From: Candidatus Xenobia bacterium
Lineage (GTDB): Bacteria; Vulcanimicrobiota; Xenobia; Xenobiales; QWHO01
Direction of reading: 5' to 3'
Assembly: GCA_045863235.1 (NCBI GenBank)
Contig: BTUM01000036.1
Location: 9,711 to 73,710 of the forward strand
Length of the DNA stretch: 64,000 nt
Both the position numbers and the translations under genes were made by a program. Numbering within the stretch: position 1 is the first letter of the stretch; every line of letters begins with the position of its first letter. The notes beneath the pieces were generated by a model. The model saw only the letters and a program-made list of their open reading frames with translations, did no database searches and was not told where the DNA came from. Shown here piece by piece: positions 19,669 through 29,556 of this stretch.

Positions 19669-20017
19669 CCGTCGGCGGGCATTCGGGCTGGCCGAGCTGC
19701 TGGTGGCCCTGGCGGTTCTGATTCCCGTGCTGGTGGTGACCACCGGAATGTTTCCCTATTACCACCTGATCAACTACCGCTCCCGCTGCCTGGCCCAGGC
19801 CGCGCTGGTAGCCCAGGCCGAGACCGAGCGCTTGCGCTCCGTCGCCCGGACAGACCTGGCGAATTCCCAGCGGCCGGTCCGAGGGGACAGAGTAGATTTC
19901 ACGGTCACCAGTCGGGTTGCTCGCGCTGGATCCAACCGCCTGCACCGGGCTGAGGTCACAGTCTCCTGGAGCGATCAAGCCTACCGGGTGGTCACCCTGC
20001 TGGAGACCGGGCCATGA
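19661..20017 (+). CDS. Prepilin-type protein (PilV-like)
   Basis: RRRA|FGLAELLVALAV. Confidence 0.78.
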   Translation: MADRRRAFGLAELLVALAVLIPVLVVTTGMFPYYHLINYRSRCLAQAALVAQAETERLRSVARTDLANSQRPVRGDRVDFTVTSRVARAGSNRLHRAEVTVSWSDQAYRVVTLLETGP

Positions 20018-20589
20018 AACGAAGCGGACTGACCATCGTGGAGCTGTTGGTGGTCATGGGCCTGCTTATCCTCTTGCTGACAATCTGTGGCCAGATCGTC
20101 CACCCCAGCCTGCGGGTCTGGGAGCTGAACAGGGCTCGGGCCGACCTGGACCAGGCAGCGCTGGTCGCCACCACCAGGCTACAGCGCGACCTGCTTTCCA
20201 GTCACCGCGAGGCGGTTAGCTTCCGGCCGGCCGACCCGTGCGCCCTGGCCTTCCCTGTCTCCGAACGCTATGAGGCGCTGACGGGGAAGCCAGTCTTCGA
20301 CCGCTGGGTGCTCTACAGCCTCGACCCTCAGAATCGGCTGCTCTATCGCCGTCAATGGTCAGTACCGCCCACCACCGAGCCCGAGGCCCTGCTCGACCCT
20401 CAGCTCTCGGTGCTGGCCGCAGCGCCCCCCCTCAAGCGCGTAGCCGGCCACGTCTCGGCCCTGCGCGTTCTTCGCCCGAATGGGGAGGGAGGACCCATCC
20501 GCATCGAGCTCGACCTTCAGCGCCCGGCCAGGGGCTCTCCGGAAGTGACCTTCCGGGTGCTGGAGCTGAACCCGAGGAACTCGCCATGA
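20014..20589 (+). CDS. Prepilin-type protein (PilW-like)
   Basis: MKRSG|LTIVELLVVMG. Confidence 0.8.
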   Translation: MKRSGLTIVELLVVMGLLILLLTICGQIVHPSLRVWELNRARADLDQAALVATTRLQRDLLSSHREAVSFRPADPCALAFPVSERYEALTGKPVFDRWVLYSLDPQNRLLYRRQWSVPPTTEPEALLDPQLSVLAAAPPLKRVAGHVSALRVLRPNGEGGPIRIELDLQRPARGSPEVTFRVLELNPRNSP

Positions 20590-21830
20590 AAGCTTCTCGC
20601 TCCGGATTGGCCCTGGTACAGAGCCTGTGGGTCGCGGTACTGGTCTTGCTGTTTGCCATGACCCTGGCCGCCCTGGGTAGCTACCAGTATCAGCTCAGTC
20701 GCGACCTCGCCTACCGCCAGCAGGCGATGGAGGCCGCCCTGGCCGGCATCGCCCACACCCAGGCCCGGCTCTGCGAGGAGATCGACTTTGCCGGCGAGCT
20801 GTCGGACGACTTCGGCGTCTCGCGCTACCGGGTCTCCTTCGACCCGGCCGTCAGTCCCTGGTCGCTCAACAACCTGCGCTCACCCCGCTCGCAGCCAGGC
20901 TTCCTGGGCCAGGTTGCCCCGTCCCACTCGGTGCTGGCCTTCTCGCGGGGAGAAGCCTCGGGCCGGGTCGTCACCGTGCAAGCGATTCTGCAGTATGCTC
21001 CCTATCCCTACGCCGTGGCAGCAACCGAGGAGGTCCGAGCCGGCGGATCCCTGCACGTCGACGGAGCACAAACTTATCAGGACGTGCTCGACCTCCTGCA
21101 AGGATTGCCGGGAGGGCTGCTCGGCGGCGGTGGCGGCAACCCCGGCCTGGAGCAGGCACACGTCTACGCCGGATCCCGGATTCAGGCGGGCCCCCTCTCC
21201 TACGTAAACGGCAAGGCCAGAACGCCGGGCAGCGCTTCCTTCGGAGCCGGCTCGCAGGTAGTGGGAGGCATCTACCAGGGGGCCCGGCCCGAGGCAATCC
21301 CGGATATCGACATCCAGCTCTACTCCAACCGAAACTTCTCCGACGTCACCGTGTTGACGAGCGACTCCACCTACACGGCGCTGACCGGCAACTGCTACGT
21401 GAGCGGGGACATCACTTTGAACGCGGCCGTCTTGAGCAACGCTTACCTGTTTGTGGACGGCGGAGGAGACCTGACCTCCATCCTCGGCCTGACCGGAACG
21501 GGCACCATCTTCGTGGCTGGCCGCACCCAACTGGAAGGGGCCCTGAGCATCGTAGCATCCAATGGGATCGCTCTCTTCAGCCAGGGTGATCTGGAGGTGG
21601 CAGGCGGCAACCATTTCCAGGGAGTTCTTTACAGCCACGGCGACATTCACGTTCAGTCCGGCCTGAACGTGGTGGGCGCGGTGGTCAGCTCGGGGGGTAG
21701 TGTGGAGGTCAACTCGGCCCGGGTGATCGGGTTCGAGGACTACACCCGCCTGGGTATCTACGCGATGAAAGGCAGCCTGCTCCAGGGCGATCCTCCCCCC
21801 CTGCGCGTGGTCTGGTGGAAACAGCTGTGA
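20586..21830 (+). CDS. PilX-like minor pilin with C-terminal beta-solenoid-like repeats
   Basis: MKASRSG|LALVQSL (no Glu5), AMEAALAGIA helix, repeated GxxxVxG / GVLYSHGDI; ATG 20586 overlaps the upstream TGA. Confidence 0.72.
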   Translation: MKASRSGLALVQSLWVAVLVLLFAMTLAALGSYQYQLSRDLAYRQQAMEAALAGIAHTQARLCEEIDFAGELSDDFGVSRYRVSFDPAVSPWSLNNLRSPRSQPGFLGQVAPSHSVLAFSRGEASGRVVTVQAILQYAPYPYAVAATEEVRAGGSLHVDGAQTYQDVLDLLQGLPGGLLGGGGGNPGLEQAHVYAGSRIQAGPLSYVNGKARTPGSASFGAGSQVVGGIYQGARPEAIPDIDIQLYSNRNFSDVTVLTSDSTYTALTGNCYVSGDITLNAAVLSNAYLFVDGGGDLTSILGLTGTGTIFVAGRTQLEGALSIVASNGIALFSQGDLEVAGGNHFQGVLYSHGDIHVQSGLNVVGAVVSSGGSVEVNSARVIGFEDYTRLGIYAMKGSLLQGDPPPLRVVWWKQL

Positions 21831-22978
21831 GGTGGCTGCTCTGGCTGTGGCTGCTCTGCGTCCCGGGAATCGCCCAGGAGCTTACCCTGGAGTCAGAGCC
21901 CGCGGGGGCCCGCGTGTTCGATGCCGCCGAGAACTACCTTGGAACCACCCCCTGCATTCTGGCTCGAGACCCGCGGATGAGCCAGGTACTCTACCTGCAG
22001 CGGGCCGGCTATGCCACGGCACGCCTGCGCGTTCAGGGGAGTCAGCGCTCGGCCCGGGTCGTGCTCGAGCCCAACCTGCCCTCGACCTGGCTGCAGCGCC
22101 ATGCGGGGCTGGTTGCGACGGGCCTGATCCTGGCCGCGGGAGCGGCCCTGGGAGCTCGCCGCTGGGTGCGACGCGGCCTGCCCGCCTCGATCACCGGCCG
22201 CACGGTGGGCCGCTATCGGGTGCTCGAGAAAGTCGGGGAGGGCAGCACGGCGAGCGTCTTCCGCCTGCAGGGCGCCCTGGCCATGAAGCTGTTCCACTCG
22301 GTTCTGCGCGACCCGCGCGACCGCGAGCGGCTGCGACGCGAGCTGGAAGTGGGGATGAGGCTGAGCCACCCCAACCTGCTGCGGGTGCACGACTTTGGCG
22401 AGTGGGAGAGCCGCCCTTACCTGGTGGTCGACTATGTGGACGGCGAGCCGCTCTCCGACCGTCTCGCACGCGGCCCTCTCGAACTCGAGACGGCGCTCTC
22501 GGTGCTGCGAGACGTGACCGCCGCCCTGGACGCGATCCACCGCGAAGGGGTGGTCCACCGAGACGTGTCCCCCGCCAACATCATGCTGGCGCGGGACGGG
22601 CGGGCCTTCCTCACGGACTTCGGCCTGGCGGTCTGGACCGAGCGTCCCAGGGTGACAGCCACCGGCACGGCTCTGGGGACTCCCCTCTACATGGCCCCCG
22701 AAACGCTGCTCAAGCGAGCCGCCAACCCGCGTTCGGACCTTTACTCACTGGCGGTGGTGCTGTTCGAGATGCTGACCGGCACCATCTTGTTCGAGGCTGA
22801 TGACGCTTACCAGGTTCTGGCTGCCCACCTGCACCAGGCCCCTCCCCCGCTCCAAGAGCGGGCGCCCCATCTACCCGTAGCGCTGCAGGCCGTCCTCGAC
22901 CGGGCCCTGGCCAAGGACCCGGCCGAGCGGTTTGCCAGTGCCGGCGAGCTGCTGCAGGCGGTGGAGGCTGCGCTGTGA
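21827..22978 (+). CDS. Hanks-type Ser/Thr kinase with N-terminal signal peptide, PEGA domain and TM
   Basis: LESEPAGARV...GTTP (PEGA), TM, GEGSTASV, AMK, HRDVSPANI, DFG, GTPLYMAPE. Confidence 0.9.
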   Translation: MRWLLWLWLLCVPGIAQELTLESEPAGARVFDAAENYLGTTPCILARDPRMSQVLYLQRAGYATARLRVQGSQRSARVVLEPNLPSTWLQRHAGLVATGLILAAGAALGARRWVRRGLPASITGRTVGRYRVLEKVGEGSTASVFRLQGALAMKLFHSVLRDPRDRERLRRELEVGMRLSHPNLLRVHDFGEWESRPYLVVDYVDGEPLSDRLARGPLELETALSVLRDVTAALDAIHREGVVHRDVSPANIMLARDGRAFLTDFGLAVWTERPRVTATGTALGTPLYMAPETLLKRAANPRSDLYSLAVVLFEMLTGTILFEADDAYQVLAAHLHQAPPPLQERAPHLPVALQAVLDRALAKDPAERFASAGELLQAVEAAL

Positions 22979-24441
22979 GCGCCAGTCAGGTGGGCGACCT
23001 GCTCGAAGGCGGATACCGGGTGCTGGAGGTCAAGCACCCTCAGCCGCCCTATCTCTACCGGGTGCGCAAGGGCCTGGGCTCGAGCCTGGAGATCGAAGAG
23101 CTGCCCCTGCATCTTGGGAGGAGAGGTCGCCGCAAGCTCGAGCGCCAGCGGCGCCTTCTCTCCTGGGTGCGTCACCCTCACATCCGACTGCCGCTCGACC
23201 TTTGCCCTGGACCGAGCGGCCTGCTGCTGGTCCACCGCAGGTTGGCCGGCGAGCCGCTCGAGCGACGCCTGTGGCGCCTCCCGCCCACCGTGAGCGAAGT
23301 GTTGCGCTGGGGCCAGGAGCTGTGCGCCCTGCTGAGCCATCTCAATCAACACGGCCTCACGCTGGGCCAGCTCTCGCCTACCAACCTGCACCTGGACGGC
23401 GACTCTCACCTGCAGCTCGTAGGCTTCCGCCTGAGCCCGGCCATGGACTTCGAGCCAGGCCTGCCCGAGTTTGGTCCGGCCAACTTCAAGGCTCCCGAAG
23501 CGATCGCCGATCAGCGGTCGGACGTATTTGTGGCCGGCCGGCTGGTGGAGTACCTGCTGGCCTGGGCTCCGGGTCGAGCCCCGAGCGAGGTGCGGCAGAC
23601 GCTGGAAAGGGCCACCGACCCCGATCCTACCCGGCGCTATCAAAGTTGTGCCAGCTTCCAGAGCGCCCTGCGCTCGGTGCGCCTCCAGGCGGGGCCACGA
23701 GACGCGCCCGTCCCCCGGATCTCGTGGCTCGAAATGGCCCGGAGAACCGGGGCGGCTCTCCTGGCGCTCCTGCTGGCAGCCGGCCTGCTCTGGTCGTGGA
23801 ATCGGGCGGAGCGCTACCGCAACGGCGCCAGTTGGACCCGGCCGGCCCGGGCAACGGCGGGAGCTGTGATCTGGATCTCCGGCCAATTGGCAGGGGTCCC
23901 CACCCTCAAGGTGCCCCACAGCGGCGTGCTGGCCCTGGGCTACCGCACTCGCACCGTCGCCGTGGGAGAGCGCGAGGAGTGGGATGCCGCGGACGAAGAT
24001 TACCGCCGGCGCCCATTCGAGCGGGTCCTGGAAGACCGGTGCTGGCTGGCCCAGGCGTCCCTGGACGGAGTCCCCCTCGAGGACGGCCCGGTGAATCTGG
24101 TGGGAGCTCTCCGGCCCTGCCCGGTGACAGCTGCCTGGCCGCTCGAGGTGGGCGAGAAGCGCCTGGGGCTGTACTGCCATGAGCGGGTCCTGGCCCCGGG
24201 TGACCCGGTGGTGATTCGCGGGGTCCTGGGCCTGGACGGCATCAGGGCGCTGGAGATACGCCCGGGCACTCGCTGGGACTGGGAGCTCGGTCGCCTGCAG
24301 GCCGCCCTGCCTGGAATCGGCCTGGCGCTGACCGCTCTCGGGGGTCTCTGGCGCTTGCGCCGTCAGGGAAATAGAGCCGGCCCGAGAAGCCGTCAGGGGG
24401 GGAGGGGAGACGGTCGACTCGGGCCGGCAAGAGTGTCCTGA
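22975..24441 (+). CDS. Membrane pseudokinase
   Basis: Kinase fold remnants (HPHI, LSPTNL, FKAPE, RSDVF, DPTRRY) but no HRD, DFG or Gly-loop; then TM, an external domain and a TM. Confidence 0.7.
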   Translation: MSASQVGDLLEGGYRVLEVKHPQPPYLYRVRKGLGSSLEIEELPLHLGRRGRRKLERQRRLLSWVRHPHIRLPLDLCPGPSGLLLVHRRLAGEPLERRLWRLPPTVSEVLRWGQELCALLSHLNQHGLTLGQLSPTNLHLDGDSHLQLVGFRLSPAMDFEPGLPEFGPANFKAPEAIADQRSDVFVAGRLVEYLLAWAPGRAPSEVRQTLERATDPDPTRRYQSCASFQSALRSVRLQAGPRDAPVPRISWLEMARRTGAALLALLLAAGLLWSWNRAERYRNGASWTRPARATAGAVIWISGQLAGVPTLKVPHSGVLALGYRTRTVAVGEREEWDAADEDYRRRPFERVLEDRCWLAQASLDGVPLEDGPVNLVGALRPCPVTAAWPLEVGEKRLGLYCHERVLAPGDPVVIRGVLGLDGIRALEIRPGTRWDWELGRLQAALPGIGLALTALGGLWRLRRQGNRAGPRSRQGGRGDGRLGPARVS

Positions 24442-24494
24442 ATATCGCCTGAGCGCAGAGCAGAGAGGCTCTCAGCCTCCCCGGCGCACTCTGC

Positions 24495-25835
24495 CTAGCG
24501 AAGGGTCAGGTCTAAGTGGACCGGCGCCAGCCTGCGACCATTGGGATCGGTGGCGCTGACCTCGGTCTGGAGCACGGTGCTGGGCGGCAGCATGCTGGCG
24601 TCGAGCTGGAGATTGAACCGTCCGGATGCGTCGGCGGTGCCCATCGTCTCGAGGGGACGCCCCTGCACTCCGATGAGACCCGGAATCAGGTCACGCCGGG
24701 GACGGGCCAGCACCCGAACGGTGGAGTACGGGCTGGCCACTCCCTCCAGGTTGAAGACCCGGTTGACCGCTGTGCCGTGCTGCAGGTTGTGCACTTGCAG
24801 CACTCCCGGTTGCGATGGGTAGCCCGCGCCGGCGGGGACCAGGTTGAAGCCCCACTGGTGGCGGATCGTTCGACCCTGGTCGTCGACCGCCTCGAGCCTG
24901 ACATGGTGACGGCCCGGGGAAAGATCGAAGGGAGGAAGGTAGCGGACGCTCTGCGCCTCGACGAAGGCCTGACCGCTCACCACCTGGCCGTCCACCATCA
25001 AGCGCACCGTCTCGGGTCGGATCGGCCGGTTGAAGTCGGCCTGGATGGTGGGCCTGGCCGTGGACAAGGTGCTGTTGGGGGCCGGATAGAGACCCGACCG
25101 GATCTCCCGGGTGGGTCCGAAGGTTACGCTTCGATTGGCCTCCAACAACGTCTCCTGTCCGCCGGCCGAGACCAGTCGCCCCACCAGGGTCGCCTGGCGC
25201 ACCTCGACGTCGTCGGGAACGGTCACGGCGCCCTCGTATCGGCCCAGGCGCACCTCGCGCATCGGTACGCCCTCGAAGGCCCCGAGCACGTCGAAGTAAG
25301 CCTTGCCGCCCGGGTCGCCGGTCAGGATTACCTCCAGCCGATCACCCGGCGAGAGCCGCCCGACGGCCGAGTGCACCACCGTCTGAACCCGAAGACGCGC
25401 CTCCACCGGCTCCTCGGTTGTGGCGCTGGTAATGGCCACGGTTCGCGTTGCGGCCTGCCAGTCCACCTCCGCTCCCAGAGCCTCGGAGATAAAGCGCAAG
25501 GGCACCAGGGTGCGGCCTGAGTAGGAAGCCGCCGGGACGTCCAGGTAACGGGCCTGGCCATCGATCAGGGCCCTGCGACTACCCAGCGTCAACTCGACCT
25601 GGGTGCTGCCTCGGGTCGCCTTGATGCTGCGGGTAGGCGCCAGATAGACTACGTCGGCGCCCAGGTTCTCGAAGATGCCCCGCAGCGGTACCAGGACTCG
25701 TCCCTCCTGCATGATCGGAGGCTGATCGAAAGCCAGCGGCCTCTGGTCGACGAGGACCGTCAGGTCAGGGCTGGCCAGGCCCGGAAGAGCCAGAGCGGCC
25801 GCCAGCAGCGTGGCGGAAATAGCTCGTTGCAGCAT
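24495..25835 (-). CDS. Secreted protein with copper amine oxidase N-terminal (stalk) domain
   Basis: Signal peptide; FDQPP...GRVLVPLRGIFENLGADV, GRTLVPLRFISEALGAEVDW. Confidence 0.85.
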   Translation of the reverse strand: MLQRAISATLLAAALALPGLASPDLTVLVDQRPLAFDQPPIMQEGRVLVPLRGIFENLGADVVYLAPTRSIKATRGSTQVELTLGSRRALIDGQARYLDVPAASYSGRTLVPLRFISEALGAEVDWQAATRTVAITSATTEEPVEARLRVQTVVHSAVGRLSPGDRLEVILTGDPGGKAYFDVLGAFEGVPMREVRLGRYEGAVTVPDDVEVRQATLVGRLVSAGGQETLLEANRSVTFGPTREIRSGLYPAPNSTLSTARPTIQADFNRPIRPETVRLMVDGQVVSGQAFVEAQSVRYLPPFDLSPGRHHVRLEAVDDQGRTIRHQWGFNLVPAGAGYPSQPGVLQVHNLQHGTAVNRVFNLEGVASPYSTVRVLARPRRDLIPGLIGVQGRPLETMGTADASGRFNLQLDASMLPPSTVLQTEVSATDPNGRRLAPVHLDLTLR

Positions 25836-25850
25836 GGTTGGTTGCTCCCT

Positions 25851-26234
25851 TCAATGAGTTGGTCGATAGGCGCGCCCGGTCGGGTCGGATGGAGCGAGCA
25901 GCACGCGCAGCAACCGGTCGAGCCCGACGCCGATCAGCAGGTAGGTCACCACGGCGACGATGTCGGGCAGCTCGAGCAGCGAGCGTCCCGCGGCTGGAGA
26001 GCCAAACATGCTCAGGAACGGAGCCACGAACGGTTGGCTGAGACTCAGGATCAGGTCGACGAACGCGTTGCCCTGGTTGGCTCCAAACATGAGCAGGCAG
26101 AAGCGGAAGGCGATGAGCGAGGTGATGAAGCCCACGATCCACCACAACAGGTGGGTGGCCCGCTCCAGACCAGCCAGGCGGCGCCCGGCCGCGGGGGTGC
26201 CGGTGGTGCCGGTTTTCTCGGTTGAGATCATCAT
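25851..26234 (-). CDS. YGGT-like membrane protein
   Basis: LIAFRFCLLMFGAN...LSQPFVAPF; AAGGAGG Shine-Dalgarno. Confidence 0.75.
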   Translation of the reverse strand: MMISTEKTGTTGTPAAGRRLAGLERATHLLWWIVGFITSLIAFRFCLLMFGANQGNAFVDLILSLSQPFVAPFLSMFGSPAAGRSLLELPDIVAVVTYLLIGVGLDRLLRVLLAPSDPTGRAYRPTH

Positions 26235-26346
26235 CGGGTCCTCCTTACAGGCGGGAGTCTTCAGTCGCTCCCTCCTGCAAGTCTAACGGGCTCAACGAAG
26301 GGACTTCAGGGGAGGGCGTCCTCAGGCAGGCAGTACCGCAATACCT

Positions 26347-27114
26347 TCAGCTGGCTCTGGTCAGCGAGAGGTCGCCCAGCCAGGCCCGTACTCTCTCCAA
26401 GAGACCCGGCTGGACGGTTCTGGTCGTCAGCAGGAAGCTGCCCTGGACCGTGCCCAGCAAGTCCCGGACCTGGCCAGCTTCAGCCCACCCGCCAGGTGAA
26501 GCCAGGACGGTCAGATCGTAGCCCGTCTCAGCATGGGCTCGCATCACCTCCTCGGGCAGCTCGCCCTCGCCCCGGCGGAAGGAATACCGGAGGCCAGCCT
26601 CTTGAAGGGTCTTCTCCTGCTCCACCAGGGCGCCCGGCTCGGCGTCCTGGCACGCGAGGAGCACGGTGACTTCCGCATTCAGGACGGCTGCCAGCCGGGT
26701 GGTCAGCTCCACCGTGGCACTCGAGGCGAAGGTGCAGTCGGTGCAGAGCAAGATTCGCTCGATCACGGAGCGCGAGCCAGGCCGCACGAACAGGATGTGA
26801 GGGGGCGGCGCCTGAGGCAACAGCTCGGTGGCGCGGTCAAGGTCGAATCCCTCGAGCAGTACCAGGTCGAACTCTCGCAAGAGCACCACCTCATCGACCC
26901 GATAGCCCTCGGTGACGGCCACGAAGGCTTCTAGCTCCAGCTCGCGACGCAACCAGCGGCGTGTCTGGCGCAGGTTCTCCCGAGCCTGGTCGTCCACGTC
27001 GTCCATCACGGCCAACAGGGTGGCCCTGGCCTCGAGCCGGCGGGCGAGCTCGACCCCAAGCCAGACCGCCGATTGCATCCCCGGAGCTTCCTCGGTGCAG
27101 ATCAAAATGCGCAT
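26347..27114 (-). CDS. Universal stress protein-like, tandem domains
   Basis: Two repeats starting RILICT/RILLCTD; YDLTVL. Confidence 0.7.
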   Translation of the reverse strand: MRILICTEEAPGMQSAVWLGVELARRLEARATLLAVMDDVDDQARENLRQTRRWLRRELELEAFVAVTEGYRVDEVVLLREFDLVLLEGFDLDRATELLPQAPPPHILFVRPGSRSVIERILLCTDCTFASSATVELTTRLAAVLNAEVTVLLACQDAEPGALVEQEKTLQEAGLRYSFRRGEGELPEEVMRAHAETGYDLTVLASPGGWAEAGQVRDLLGTVQGSFLLTTRTVQPGLLERVRAWLGDLSLTRAS

Positions 27115-27203
27115 GGTCTCATCCTCCTGGTCTCCAGTCTAAGCAGGGCCGGGCAGGAACGGGAGGGCGCACTGTAGGTGGCAAGGGAGTACCGCAGTAC
27201 GTG

Positions 27204-27518
27204 TCAGGGAGGTGGCGGGCAGCCCGCCTCGAGGTAGCGACAGAGGCGCTCGATCTCCTCGTCCAGGGCCTGCCTGGCCGCGCCGGTCTCGCCACCCGCG
27301 CGGGCCTGCCGCTCGAGCCGCTCGGCGGCCTCACGCGCGGCCGGAGCGTGCAGGGTAGCAAAGCCGCCCTTGAGCCAGTGAGCGGTCTCCACCAGGTCGC
27401 CCGGCTCGTACAGGCGCGCGCGCATGGCCGGGGCCTGGCTCAGAAACACCTCGATGGTGGCCTGCAAGATATGCTCTTTGCCAAAGGCCTGCAAGGCGGC
27501 CTGTCGATCGAAGATCAT
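27204..27518 (-). CDS. Stand-alone Hpt phosphotransfer protein
   Basis: AHWLKGGFATLHA motif, all-helical 104 aa. Confidence 0.8.
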   Translation of the reverse strand: MIFDRQAALQAFGKEHILQATIEVFLSQAPAMRARLYEPGDLVETAHWLKGGFATLHAPAAREAAERLERQARAGGETGAARQALDEEIERLCRYLEAGCPPPP

Positions 27519-27521
27519 CGG

Positions 27522-28241
27522 TCAGTCGACCAGGCCCAGACGCACGCCTCGCAGGGCGACCTGCGTGCGATGGCTGACTCCCATCTTGCTCATGATCGAC
27601 TGCAGGTGCTTTTTCACGGTCACCTCGGCCAGCGACAGCTCCTGACCGATACCCCGGTTGGAGCGGCCCAGCGAGACCAAACGCAGCACGTCCAGCTCGC
27701 GCGGGGTCAGCTCGACCAGCGGCGGGAGGCTATCCTCCTCGGGGGGAGCCGGGCCCAGCGTGGCGGTGGCCCGGGCCAGGGCCCCAAAGGCCTTCTGCAC
27801 CAGGCTGGTGGAGATCAAGGTGCCCCCACGGGCGGCCGAGCGCAGGGCGTCGGCGATCAGCTCGCGGCTGGAATCCTTGCTCAGATAGCCGCTGGCCCCC
27901 CATCGAAGTGCTTCGACGAGGTACAGGTCACTGTCCAAAACGGTGATCAACACCACCTGGACCTCAGGCCAGCTCTCCTTGATCCGGCGCGTCACCTCCA
28001 GGCCGTTCATGTCGGGCAGGCGAACGTCCATGAGCACCACGTCGGGGCGCAGCCTCTCGACCTGTGCCAGGGCCTCACGTCCCGATTCAGCCGCTCCCAC
28101 CACCTCCAGGCCATCCAGCTCGGAGAGCATCCCCTTGAGTCCGTGCAAGATAACGGGGTGATCGTCCACGATGACAATGCGCAAGGCCTCGCGCTTCCCG
28201 GTCGAACCGGTCGGAACCTCCGGGGACTCAGCCTCGAGCAT
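27522..28241 (-). CDS. NarL/LuxR-family response regulator
   Basis: VDDHP, VLMDVRLP, LTPRELDVL, TVKKHL. Confidence 0.92.
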   Translation of the reverse strand: MLEAESPEVPTGSTGKREALRIVIVDDHPVILHGLKGMLSELDGLEVVGAAESGREALAQVERLRPDVVLMDVRLPDMNGLEVTRRIKESWPEVQVVLITVLDSDLYLVEALRWGASGYLSKDSSRELIADALRSAARGGTLISTSLVQKAFGALARATATLGPAPPEEDSLPPLVELTPRELDVLRLVSLGRSNRGIGQELSLAEVTVKKHLQSIMSKMGVSHRTQVALRGVRLGLVD

Positions 28242-28440
28242 ACAAAAGTTGCTCGAGCCGCAGCAGCTCGCGCTCGGTGCGAGCGAGGTCGCGCTCGACC
28301 TCGCGCTCGAGGGAGAGGTCGTCGCCATGGCGGCGCAGCTCCTGGAACCTGACCCCGAGCTGTCGCTCGACTGAGTGCAGTCTTTGAATCTGCTCCTCCA
28401 ACTTGGAACACACAGGGCACCTCCTGGTCTGATGCTTCAA
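28228..28440 (-). CDS. Small hypothetical coiled-coil protein with CxxC
   Basis: 70 aa, CPVC then heptad-rich sequence; overlaps the regulator start. Confidence 0.5.
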   Translation of the reverse strand: MKHQTRRCPVCSKLEEQIQRLHSVERQLGVRFQELRRHGDDLSLEREVERDLARTERELLRLEQLLYARG

Positions 28441-28581
28441 GCATGCCAGAGGATGGCGGCCGATGGCAGGGTCGACTGTTGGCCGCTTCGCGGTACGGGA
28501 GTACTGCCTGCCCGGGTATGGCCCGGCCTACGAGACCGGCGCGCTTCCCCCCTATAGTGGGTGGAAAGGAGGCTTGAAAAT

Positions 28582-28896
28582 ATGCCGCGCAATCTGGCAG
28601 CCCTGGTTGCCCTGGTGGGCATCGCGCTGGTCTACTGGCGCATCGGAGATGTCTTCGGGGTGATGGTAGTGCTTCTGGTGGCCGTCGTCGTCGGACACAC
28701 TGCTGATGCGCTGGTACCCGGGGAGAGGCTCGGCACCTGGTGGGCGGCCACCGCGGCCGGCCTGCTCGGCACCCTGGTGGGCACGCTCTTGATCGGATCC
28801 TTCGGGCCGATCCTCTACGGTGTGCCCATGGTGCCCTCGTTGGTCGGGGCCATTCTGGTCGTGCTGCTCCTGGCCCTGTTTCAGCGAGGTCTGTAG
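28582..28896 (+). CDS. GlsB/YeaQ/YmgE-like membrane protein
   Basis: AGGAGG SD then ATG; GLLGTLVG...PSLVGAILVV. Confidence 0.7.
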   Translation: MPRNLAALVALVGIALVYWRIGDVFGVMVVLLVAVVVGHTADALVPGERLGTWWAATAAGLLGTLVGTLLIGSFGPILYGVPMVPSLVGAILVVLLLALFQRGL

Positions 28897-28920
28897 GACT
28901 GCGGGGGAGAAAGCGCTTTT

Positions 28921-29544
28921 GTGAGCAAGATTCGTGTGTTCATCGCCGACGACCACCCGCTGGTCCGCGCCGGAGTGCGGGCCACCCTGGCCGATCAGGC
29001 GGATATCGAACTGGTGGGGGAAGCATCCGACGGTGACTCGCTCCTGCGAGACTGCCCCGGCGAGCGACCGGACCTGGTCGTGCTCGATCTCGGCATGCCC
29101 GGACCCCCACCCGAGGAGATCGTCGCCCGGCTCCGCCAGGAGCTGCCCGAGCTGAACACCCTGGTGCTCACGGCGCACTCCGAGCGCGAGTGGATCCAGC
29201 GAGCGCTGCAGGCCCGAGTCTCAGGCTACCTGCTCAAGCAGGAGGTGGGTGAGGTGTTGCTGCAAGCCATCCGGGCCATCCACCGGGGAGCCGCCTGGTT
29301 CTCTCAGTCGGTGGCCCTGCAGATGATGCGACCGCCCGAGCCCGATCCGGCCGCCGACCTGACCGCGCGCGAGCGAGAAATTCTCGAGTGCATCGCCCGC
29401 GGGCTGGACAACCAGGCTATCGCCCGACAGCTTCACCTGGCCGAGCAGACCGTGCGCAACTACGCCAGCACAGTCTACGACAAGCTCGGAGTCCGCTCGC
29501 GGGTGGAAGCTGTGGTCTGGGCCCGCGAGCACGGGGTGGTCTGA
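28921..29544 (+). CDS. NarL/LuxR-family response regulator
   Basis: IADDHP, VLDLGMPG, LTAREREIL, TVRNY. Confidence 0.92.
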   Translation: MSKIRVFIADDHPLVRAGVRATLADQADIELVGEASDGDSLLRDCPGERPDLVVLDLGMPGPPPEEIVARLRQELPELNTLVLTAHSEREWIQRALQARVSGYLLKQEVGEVLLQAIRAIHRGAAWFSQSVALQMMRPPEPDPAADLTAREREILECIARGLDNQAIARQLHLAEQTVRNYASTVYDKLGVRSRVEAVVWAREHGVV

Positions 29545-29556
29545 GCCCGGTCGCGC

